Assembly: GCF_014635045.1 (NCBI RefSeq)
Contig: NZ_BMCF01000007.1
Location: 11,776 to 35,775 of the forward strand
Length of the DNA: 24,000 nt
Reading direction: 5' to 3'
Source of the DNA: Staphylococcus nepalensis
GTDB taxonomy: Bacteria; Bacillota; Bacilli; Staphylococcales; Staphylococcaceae
Shown here piece by piece: positions 11,824 to 21,951 of this stretch. The translations under genes were made by a program, and so were the position numbers. Every line of letters starts with the position of its first letter. Position 1 is the first letter of the stretch. A model generated the notes under the pieces. That model did not search any database and had not been told where the DNA came from. It worked only from the letters and a program-made list of their open reading frames with translations.

Positions 11824-11868
11824 TAATGTATTATCATTTCAAAATCACATAACTAAGGGAATGTTTTT

Positions 11869-12693
11869 ATGAAAATCACTAAAATCTTAAACAATAATGT
11901 TGTATTGTCCAAGATTAATGGGGAAGAACGTATCGTTATGGGAAACGGATTAGCGTTCGGCAAGAAAAATGGACAACAACTAGAACGTTCAAAAATTGAA
12001 AAAGTTTTTCGGTTAACGAGTGAAGATCAAGAACGCATGTTAACTTTATTAAATGAAATCAATCAAGATGTGCTTTTAATTACTGAAAAAATTATAAAAT
12101 CGGCAAACCAACTTTATGAGTCACCCGTTTCAGAAACGATTTATATTGCACTAACTGATCATATTAATTATGCAATTGAACGTACGCTTGATGGTTTTGA
12201 TATTAAAAACCCATTACTTTATGAAATACGTTCACTATATCCAAAAGAATATGAAGTAGCTCAAAATGGATTACACGAGATTAATCATTATTTCAACGTT
12301 ACGTTACCAAAAGATGAAATTGGATTTATTGCTATGCATATTGTGAATGCCAGTTTAGATGAAAATATTGCCAATATTTATGAAATCACTAAAATCACTA
12401 AAAGTATGCTTGATATCGTTCGTTATCATTTCAATCTTGCTATCAACGAAGATGAGCTAAATTACTCTAGGTTTATGACACATCTTAAATTTTTTAGCCA
12501 AAGGCTAATTAGTCATCAATCTTTAAACGAAGTTACAGATGAAAGTCTACTAGAAGCTTTAAAGCAAAAGCACGCTAAATCAGATGCTTGTGTAGATAAA
12601 ATTGCAGACTTTTTACTCAAACATTATCATCACCAATTATCTAACGACGAACGCGTTTATTTAATATTACATATTGCGAGATTGCTAAAGTAA
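11869..12693 (+). CDS. licT: BglG/LicT/SacY-family PRD-containing transcription antiterminator
   Basis: 274 aa. N-terminal CAT RNA-binding domain (MKITKILNNNVVLSKINGEERIVMGNGLAFGKK). Two PRDs with conserved His contexts (LTDHINYAIER, FIAMHIVNA, FMTHLKFF, YLILHIARL). A RAT target lies immediately downstream. Confidence 0.9.
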   Translation: MKITKILNNNVVLSKINGEERIVMGNGLAFGKKNGQQLERSKIEKVFRLTSEDQERMLTLLNEINQDVLLITEKIIKSANQLYESPVSETIYIALTDHINYAIERTLDGFDIKNPLLYEIRSLYPKEYEVAQNGLHEINHYFNVTLPKDEIGFIAMHIVNASLDENIANIYEITKITKSMLDIVRYHFNLAINEDELNYSRFMTHLKFFSQRLISHQSLNEVTDESLLEALKQKHAKSDACVDKIADFLLKHYHHQLSNDERVYLILHIARLLK

Positions 12694-12705
12694 TCGATGT
12701 AAGCG

Positions 12706-12734
12706 TTGACATATTTTTTTATAGAGGCTATACT
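12706..12734 (+). promoter_or_regulatory. Sigma-A promoter of the beta-glucoside operon
   Basis: Consensus TTGACA (12706-12711), exactly 17 nt spacer, TATACT (12729-12734). It sits 13 nt after the licT stop and upstream of the RAT. Confidence 0.6.
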
Positions 12735-12781
12735 GTATTCAAACTTATATTTTGTTACTTTTGACGTTGCTATCAACGTTT

Positions 12782-12810
12782 GGGGTTGTAACTTTAAGTA
12801 GGCAAAACCC
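12782..12810 (+). promoter_or_regulatory. RAT (ribonucleic antiterminator) target of LicT/BglG proteins
   Basis: GGGGTTGTAACTTTAAGTAGGCAAAACCC matches the RAT consensus (GGATTGTTACTG....CAGGCAAAACCT), including the GGCAAAACC signature. Its 3' end (AAAACCC, 12804-12810) is shared with the 5' arm of the downstream terminator. Confidence 0.75.
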
Positions 12811-12875
12811 AGAGTAATGCATTACGAACCTAACTAGAGGTCCGTATGTGTATTATTCTGGGTTTTTTTGTTTTT
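12804..12875 (+). terminator. Conditional leader terminator of the bgl operon (overlaps RAT)
   Basis: CCCAGAGTAAT (12808-12818) pairs with ATTATTCTGGG (12852-12862), with one G-U pair. An internal sub-stem ACGAACC/GGTCCGT is also possible. The stem is followed by TTTTTTTGTTTTT. This is mutually exclusive with RAT folding. Confidence 0.75.
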
Positions 12876-12996
12876 ATTTAGCTAAAGCTAGCCTAGCTAT
12901 TTGTTTTTAAATAAATTACGTTAATTGATTGGCCACAATCGACGTATTAAACTTATTTATCCTTTAAACAAAACGAAAATTGAGGTGAATTTATCA

Positions 12997-14955
12997 ATGA
13001 AATACGAAGATTTAGCAAAAGATATCGTAGAAAAAGTGGGAGGAGAAGAAAATATTAATTCTCTTACCCACTGTATTACACGTTTACGTTTTAAATTGAA
13101 TGATGAAGATAAAGCTGATACAGAATATTTAAAACAGCATGATGAAATCGTCACAGTAATGAAATCAGGCGGACAGTACCAAGTGGTGATTGGTAACCAT
13201 GTCCCTGATGTATACGATGCAATTAATAAAATAACACGTTTAGGCTCAGATAATGAAAATCACACACAAGAGGCTAATTCAGGTAATATGTTAAATCGAT
13301 TTATTGATTTAATATCTGGTATCTTCCAACCTATTTTGGGCATTCTTGCAGCTGCTGGGATGATTAAAGGTTTCGCTGCACTATTCTTAGCACTTGGTTG
13401 GTTAACTGAATCATCTGGTACCTATCAAATATTATTTGCATTGGGAGATGCATTATTTTATTTCTTCCCTGTATTTTTAGGTTTTACTGCTGCTAAAAAA
13501 TTTGGCTCAAATCATTTTATTGGTATGGCCATAGGTGCAGCCATTGTATACCCTTCATTAGTATCTGCAATGGAACTAGGAGCTAAAGGAGCGCATATAC
13601 TTTTTGCTGGTACCATTTTTGAAGTAGAGTCAAATTTATCATTTCTAGGTATACCAGTTATATCTATGACCTATACATCAAGTGTTATTCCTATTATTGT
13701 TGCGATTTATTTTGCAAGTATCCTTGAACGTAAATTGAAACGTATTATTCCAGATGTTGTTAAAACATTCTTTGTGCCATTTTTCACTTTACTCATTATT
13801 GTTCCACTGACTTTTATAGTGATTGGACCTATATCTTCTTGGATCGCTAATTGGATTGGTTCAGGAGCAATAAGTATCTATGAATTAAGCCCTATATTAG
13901 CTGGTTTATTGCTAGGTGCTTTTTGGCAAGTATTTGTTATATTTGGAATCCATTGGGGGCTTGCTGCAATTATGATTAACAATGTTTCTACCATTGGGTA
14001 TGATATTATATTCCCACTTATTTTTGCAGCATCTTTTGCTCAAACTGGTATTGTTATTGGTATTTTCTTAAAAACAAGAAATACTAAACTGAAATCAATT
14101 TCTTTACCAGCTGCTATTTCTGGCTTGTTTGGTGTGACTGAACCTGCAATTTACGGTGTTACATTACCTAGAAAAAAACTCTTTATTTATAGTTGTATTA
14201 TTAGTGGCTTATTTAGTGGATTTGTTGGTTTCGCAGGTACAAAATTATACTTTATGGGCGGACTTGGCATTTTTGGTTATACCACATTCATTGGCGATAA
14301 TGGCTTAGATTCTACGTTCTGGGCTATTGTAGTTGCTTCACTATTAGCCGTGGTTGTCGGTGGTATCGTTGGTTATATTGTCCATTCTGATAAAAAAGAA
14401 ACTAAAGTACAAGCTACCGCACCAGAATCAGAACAACCTAATAATGATCAAAATAGTAATGATACAGTCAATGCCATAAATGAAAATATGCCAGAACCCA
14501 AGGATGACTTTATTGTTGCACCTGTGCCCGGTGAGATGAAAAAGCTTGAACTTGTTGATGATCCAGTATTCTCATCTCTTGCAATGGGTAAAGGCGTCGC
14601 TATTAAACCTTCCTCGGACATCATCGTGGCTCCGTTTGATGCAACTGTAGAAAGTCTATTCCCTACTGGGCATGCAATCGGTCTGAAATCAAAAAATGGG
14701 ACAGAATTACTCATTCATATAGGTATTGATACAGTGAAATTAGATGGTTTAGGCTTTGAACCATTAGTAAATCAAGGCGATATCGTTCAAGTCGATCAAC
14801 CGCTTATACAATTTGACTCAGAAACAATACGCAACCATTCATACGATGACATCGTCATGGTTGTAATAACCAACACAAACGAAACAAAAGACGTCGTTAT
14901 ACAAGCACAAAACACAATTAAAGAAAAAGACTCGCTCATCTCTGTTATTTATTAA
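12997..14955 (+). CDS. bglP: PTS beta-glucoside-specific transporter, fused EIIB-EIIC-EIIA
   Basis: EIIB phospho-Cys context NSLTHCITRLRF, a polytopic EIIC core, a Q/N/P/E-rich linker, and the EIIA phospho-His context ELLIHIGIDTVKLDG. The start is re-called to the ATG at 12997 (MKYEDLAKDIVEKVGG), preceded by GAGGTGA. The ORF-track start at 12925 has no SD. Confidence 0.9.
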   Translation: MKYEDLAKDIVEKVGGEENINSLTHCITRLRFKLNDEDKADTEYLKQHDEIVTVMKSGGQYQVVIGNHVPDVYDAINKITRLGSDNENHTQEANSGNMLNRFIDLISGIFQPILGILAAAGMIKGFAALFLALGWLTESSGTYQILFALGDALFYFFPVFLGFTAAKKFGSNHFIGMAIGAAIVYPSLVSAMELGAKGAHILFAGTIFEVESNLSFLGIPVISMTYTSSVIPIIVAIYFASILERKLKRIIPDVVKTFFVPFFTLLIIVPLTFIVIGPISSWIANWIGSGAISIYELSPILAGLLLGAFWQVFVIFGIHWGLAAIMINNVSTIGYDIIFPLIFAASFAQTGIVIGIFLKTRNTKLKSISLPAAISGLFGVTEPAIYGVTLPRKKLFIYSCIISGLFSGFVGFAGTKLYFMGGLGIFGYTTFIGDNGLDSTFWAIVVASLLAVVVGGIVGYIVHSDKKETKVQATAPESEQPNNDQNSNDTVNAINENMPEPKDDFIVAPVPGEMKKLELVDDPVFSSLAMGKGVAIKPSSDIIVAPFDATVESLFPTGHAIGLKSKNGTELLIHIGIDTVKLDGLGFEPLVNQGDIVQVDQPLIQFDSETIRNHSYDDIVMVVITNTNETKDVVIQAQNTIKEKDSLISVIY

Positions 14956-17889
<2,934 letters not shown>

Positions 17890-17903
17890 TACATTCCATT
17901 TAT

Positions 17904-17934
17904 GAGCGGGCACTGTTCTAGTGCTCGTTTTTTT
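17904..17934 (+). terminator. Terminator of the bgl operon
   Basis: AGCGGGCAC (17905-17913) / GTGCTCGTT stem of 9 bp with two G-U pairs, followed by a T-run (TTTTTTT). It lies 15 nt after the stop of GH1 copy 2. Confidence 0.6.
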
Positions 17935-17963
17935 ATAAAAAATACCAACGACTTAAGCGTTGG
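17935..17963 (-). terminator. Terminator of the cytosine deaminase gene
   Basis: The minus strand reads CCAACG-CTTAAGT-CGTTGG followed by TATTTTTTAT. It lies about 30 nt downstream of the codA stop, back to back with the bgl terminator. Confidence 0.55.
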
Positions 17964-17991
17964 CATTATCTAAAAATTAAAAGTACGTATA

Positions 17992-19263
17992 TTATTTTGT
18001 TTTGCGATCAATATCTAATTCGGTTGTAAATTTGGGTGTTTCTTTTTTAAATAAATATGATCCATTTCGAATAGATGCAATACAATCCACACGTCGACGT
18101 TGTGCTTCAAATACATTTGGGGCATCCAGTACAATAAAGTTCGCTGGTTTCCCTTCAGATAATCCATAAATATCACCCAATCCCATTAATTTTGCTCCAT
18201 TATAAGTAATTAAGTCAAAATTACGTGGAAAATCTTCTTCGCGCATTAATTGTGTCGCATGTAAGCCGTTATCTAAGATATTCATTAAATTACCAGAGCC
18301 AGCTGGGTACCATAAATCAACAATTGAATCTTGCCCAAAAGCGACATTAATCCCATTATCTACAAATTCTTTAACACGCGTTAATCCTCTTCTTTTTGGA
18401 TAAGTATCTTGTCTACCTTGTAAATATAAATTTTCAGTTGGACAAGAAACAAAATTCAACCCAGATTGACGGAATAACCCCATCATACGAAATGCATAAG
18501 CATCATCGGCTGAACCAAACGAACAAGTATGTGAAGCTGTGGTTGATTGACCGTAACCTTGTTTCATCGCTTCTGCATTTAACTTTTCTAAGAAACGCGC
18601 TTGTGTATCATCCGTTTCGTCACAATGGACGTCAATTAATTTATCATATTTAATAGCAAGCCTAACGATTTCTTTAATGGATTCGACCCCTTCTTCTGGG
18701 CTCCATTCATTATGTGGGATACCTCCAACACAATCTGCACCTAACCGTAAAGCTTCTTCAACTAAGTCACGCCCCGTTTTACCTTCTTCTTTAAAAGAGT
18801 ACATACCATTTTGTGGAAACGCTACGACTTGAATTGTAATATTATCTTTTAATTCATCTCTTACTTCAAGCGCTGCTTTAATACCAGTTAAGTTTGGATC
18901 CGTACAATCTGTTTGTGCACGAATGTACTGTGTTCCATAACCTGCAACATCATTCACTGCTTGGCGCATACGCGATTTCATTTCTTCTTTTGTCGTGCCT
19001 TTCTTATAATCATTCCATAAATCAATAGCCTCAAACAATGTGCCAGATGTGTTTTTGATTTGCGGATCTTGTCCTGTAAAGTAGTAATCTAAATGAAGGT
19101 GAGCATCAACATACGGCGGCAAGACTAATGCCCCTTCTAAATCAATAATTTCATCGGCTTTACCAAGATTATTGCCAAAAGCCTTGAACTTACCATTTTC
19201 TACTAAAATTTCTGACGCCTTATCATGTTTATAAATTGATACATTAATGAATTTTTTACTCAT
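17992..19263 (-). CDS. codA: Cytosine deaminase (amidohydrolase superfamily)
   Basis: 423 aa, collinear with E. coli CodA as I recall it: PPYVDAHLHLD (HxH metal site), SGTLFEAI, VVAFPQNG, EEALRLGADCVGGIPH, LIDVHCDETDD, TASHT, YPKRRGLTRVKE, INVAFGQDSIVDLWYP. SD AGGAGG. Confidence 0.9.
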   Translation of the reverse strand: MSKKFINVSIYKHDKASEILVENGKFKAFGNNLGKADEIIDLEGALVLPPYVDAHLHLDYYFTGQDPQIKNTSGTLFEAIDLWNDYKKGTTKEEMKSRMRQAVNDVAGYGTQYIRAQTDCTDPNLTGIKAALEVRDELKDNITIQVVAFPQNGMYSFKEEGKTGRDLVEEALRLGADCVGGIPHNEWSPEEGVESIKEIVRLAIKYDKLIDVHCDETDDTQARFLEKLNAEAMKQGYGQSTTASHTCSFGSADDAYAFRMMGLFRQSGLNFVSCPTENLYLQGRQDTYPKRRGLTRVKEFVDNGINVAFGQDSIVDLWYPAGSGNLMNILDNGLHATQLMREEDFPRNFDLITYNGAKLMGLGDIYGLSEGKPANFIVLDAPNVFEAQRRRVDCIASIRNGSYLFKKETPKFTTELDIDRKTK

Positions 19264-19287
19264 TAATCAAACCTCCTATGCTTTTCT

Positions 19288-19316
19288 ACCATAAGCCTTA
19301 AGAGACATTTAAGCAA
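19288..19316 (-). promoter_or_regulatory. Candidate sigma-A promoter of codA
   Basis: On the minus strand: TTGCTT (19316-19311), 17 nt spacer, TATGGT (19293-19288). This would give a short leader of about 20 nt before the SD. Alternative weaker boxes exist further upstream. Confidence 0.35.
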
Positions 19317-19714
19317 TTGATTTCCCAGGCAATATATTTTTTGTCCCTCTCTCAGTTTCCTCGTACTATAAATGCTTTAACGACTTAGGATATAATAAAA
19401 TGCTGACACATACCATCGTTAAGATGGCGTATCAACGTTTTATTTAAATGGACGGCACAGTTTTATAAAAATAAGTGCTTACTTGAATCATCATTTAATT
19501 ATCATCTGTGATATACGCTTTAATTAACTAGACGTTTTCATAAGGAACCTTACGTTTTATAACGGTATGGGCGGTTAGTATATTTTTTAAAAACTACAAT
19601 GTTTCTAACATACATTATTTTGAAGTTTACTTTGTAATGTTTAATTCATGTTTTATCTAAATAAATTTTTGAAAAAAGCCGTGAATTTGTTTTCCTCTTT
19701 CTTCAATGAAACAT

Positions 19715-20824
19715 CTACCTTTGGCGCGTGTGTGTACCCTTAATAAATTGCCGTTTATAAGACACGTATGCTTTGCCTTTTTTATCCACATTCAATTTCA
19801 CGTTCTTCATCTTTTTAGGGACAACGTCGTACAAATCATTTTTGACATGATATGTTTTATCGTTAATTTCATGTTCGCCTTCGCTTAATACTTTTCTATA
19901 TTCATATTTATCAAATTGTTTATTGATATGTTTATTAGCTATTTTATGACGTTCGTTTTTTGCTTTATTGCTTGGGAAAGGCTTAACATTTAAAATAGCT
20001 TCATTAAGACGCAAACCATCACGTTTACTCGTTAACGCTAGACTGTAGCCTTCATCACTGGTCCCCGTTTTTAAACCATCCGCCCCTTTTAAGTCAAACC
20101 GTTCTCCTTTTAAAGAAAGATTTTTAGTTTTCAATTCTGTATCAAATTGATTATCTTTCGTCTTAGAACTATACGTTAAAACCTCAGGATGATCTTTTAA
20201 TAAGTGTTGCATTAAAATTGTCATATCTTGTGAAGTTGTCTGAGTCTTACGCTCTTTTTTATATTTTTCAGGCGCATATTGATGTAATAGTTGATTATCT
20301 GCACCTGTAGGATTTACAAAATGCGTATGTTCCATACCAATCTTTTTAGCTTTATCATTCATTTGATTTGTAAATCTCGACGTTGAACCAACTATTTTTT
20401 CACCTAAAATCAGTGTCGCTGCATTACTTGATTCTAAAGTGATCTGTCTTAAAAATTGATCAATAGTATAAGCCTGTTCTGCCTCTAAAGGGACGCTTGC
20501 TAAATTAGGTAACTCAGACATCTTTTCATAATCTGGCGTTATCTGTATTTTGTCTGATGCTTTTATATCCCCATTTTCTATAGCATCAAAGGTCAAATAC
20601 ATGGTCATCATTTTAGTTAGAGAAGCTGGATCTGTTACTTTGTCATCATTAGATTGATAGAGAATTTGACCAGTTTGAGTTATCACACTAACACTTTCTG
20701 GTTTATATTGGTCACCATATGTATCTTCGGGCGTTGCTGATTGAGCTATTGCTGAAGATGTTGGTATCATCATAGTTAAAGAAAGTATACAACTTAGAAT
20801 CACCACGCTTATTTTGTTTAACAC
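19715..20824 (-). CDS. Serine-type D-Ala-D-Ala carboxypeptidase (peptidase S11, low-molecular-weight PBP)
   Basis: Signal peptide MLNKISVVILSCILSLTMMIPTSSAIA. The three PBP boxes are present: SLTK (SxxK), SSN (SxN) and KTGTS (KTG), followed by a C-terminal PBP5-like domain. GTG start preceded by GAGAGAGGGA. Confidence 0.88.
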   Translation of the reverse strand: MLNKISVVILSCILSLTMMIPTSSAIAQSATPEDTYGDQYKPESVSVITQTGQILYQSNDDKVTDPASLTKMMTMYLTFDAIENGDIKASDKIQITPDYEKMSELPNLASVPLEAEQAYTIDQFLRQITLESSNAATLILGEKIVGSTSRFTNQMNDKAKKIGMEHTHFVNPTGADNQLLHQYAPEKYKKERKTQTTSQDMTILMQHLLKDHPEVLTYSSKTKDNQFDTELKTKNLSLKGERFDLKGADGLKTGTSDEGYSLALTSKRDGLRLNEAILNVKPFPSNKAKNERHKIANKHINKQFDKYEYRKVLSEGEHEINDKTYHVKNDLYDVVPKKMKNVKLNVDKKGKAYVSYKRQFIKGTHTRQR

Positions 20825-20888
20825 TTATGTTCATCCCTCTCTCAATGATTTATAATAAGTAGCCAAAATACCTTAAATGTGAACCGTA

Positions 20889-21566
20889 TTATTTTGGGTA
20901 TAAATCTAAATATTCCTCTAATGTTTCGCGATGATTATATAGCGTTTTAGCTGTATCTTTTCCTACATATCTTATATGCCAAGGCTCATATTGATAACCA
21001 GTTATATGCGTTTTGTCCTTAGGATATCTTACAATAAACCCGTATTTATGCGCATTACGTTTTATCCATTGTCCTTCTTCTGTTTTACCAAATGATTCTT
21101 TGAAGTTGGTATCTGTGTTCTCAGAAACAACATCATATGTCAAACCAGTTTGATGTTCTGAATGACCTGGTTTAGCACTATATTTATTGGCAGCTTCTTC
21201 TCCATCTCTTTGAACATAACGATTAAATAATTGTTCTTGAGTTTGATAACTTCTAAAACCACTTGCACTTGATAAATGATATCCTTTCTTATTACCGGCG
21301 TTTAATAATTTATGTAATGCTTCACGGGCCACTTCGTTCTCACCCGGGTTAAAATGTTCTGGTAAGGAAATATCTTTATTTACAATTAAAATCTCGTCGA
21401 TATAAGTAACACCGTTCTTAACTGTTTTATTATGTTCATTTTCTTTTTTTTGACTTTGCTGTTTTTCATGTTTTTTGCTATCTGTATGACGGGGTTCACT
21501 CTCTTGGTTCGAGCATCCAACTAAAATTAAACACAACATGATAACCAATAATTTAAACTTATTCAT
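20889..21566 (-). CDS. Zinc D,D-carboxypeptidase family lipoprotein (peptidase M15B, VanY-like)
   Basis: The start is re-called to the ATG at 21566 (SD GAAGGAG). This gives the lipoprotein signal MNKFKLLVIMLCLILVGCSNQ with lipobox LVGC. M15 motifs are present: SGFRSYQTQ, SEHQTGLTYD (H-x6-D) and EPWHIRYVG (ExxH). The stop lies 64 nt upstream of the S11 gene start. Confidence 0.85.
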   Translation of the reverse strand: MNKFKLLVIMLCLILVGCSNQESEPRHTDSKKHEKQQSQKKENEHNKTVKNGVTYIDEILIVNKDISLPEHFNPGENEVAREALHKLLNAGNKKGYHLSSASGFRSYQTQEQLFNRYVQRDGEEAANKYSAKPGHSEHQTGLTYDVVSENTDTNFKESFGKTEEGQWIKRNAHKYGFIVRYPKDKTHITGYQYEPWHIRYVGKDTAKTLYNHRETLEEYLDLYPK

Positions 21567-21831
21567 TGTTACTCCTTCAGAAAATAAATTTAAAACTAAT
21601 ATAATACACAATATAATAGTTAAGCAATTAATTGCATTCACCATTAATATAACACGCGGTACACAAGAGACAAAGTTTTTGCTAGCATTTTTATCTTTTA
21701 TTATTAATAATAGCAAAACTATAACGGTTAAAACGTTATTTCTTTTTTAATAACATATGATTTATAAAGACAAAAGAACTTTGTAGCAATAGCACAAAAA
21801 TGACATAAAATATACCAATCTCTTGTATGCT

Positions 21832-21870
21832 AAAAAACAGTTACCATCCTGAGTTTGAGAATGGCAACTG
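21832..21870 (-). terminator. Rho-independent terminator after the glycosyltransferase gene
   Basis: The minus strand reads CAGTTGCCAT-(13 nt)-ATGGTAACTG followed by TTTTTT. The 10-bp stem is fully paired on the minus strand (one G-U pair) and carries an A-C mismatch on the plus strand. Confidence 0.75.
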
Positions 21871-21951
21871 CTTTTACGTTATATATTCAAATTGTTAAGT
21901 TGGATGTTTAAATTATTAATAAGTAGACTTTATAAAAAATGTCTATAATAT

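Noticed and set aside
19325-19375. Possible PyrR-binding loop, purine riboswitch or preQ1 riboswitch in the codA upstream region (minus strand ...ACUGAGAGAGGGACAAAAAAUAU...)
   Set aside because: The resemblance is limited to an AGAGAGG run (PyrR sites need UCCAGAGAGGCU within a defined stem) and an A-rich tail. I could not build the required helices, and none of the purine-riboswitch conserved junction sequences is present.
19715-19760. Idea that the S11 carboxypeptidase is truncated by a frameshift near the short (AC)4 run at its 3' end, losing a C-terminal amphipathic anchor (alternative frames downstream read ...HGFFQKFI or ...FTAFFKNLFR)
   Set aside because: At 369 aa the protein already contains the signal peptide, all catalytic boxes and a full-size C-terminal domain. 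The alternative-frame continuations are only about 20-27 aa and hit stops quickly. A four-unit dinucleotide run is not a convincing slippage tract.
20889-21566. Interpreting the VanY-like M15 gene as part of a glycopeptide-resistance (van) cluster
   Set aside because: No vanH/A/X-type ligase, dehydrogenase or dipeptidase and no VanRS two-component system are present anywhere in the window. Housekeeping M15B lipoproteins are common in Firmicutes.
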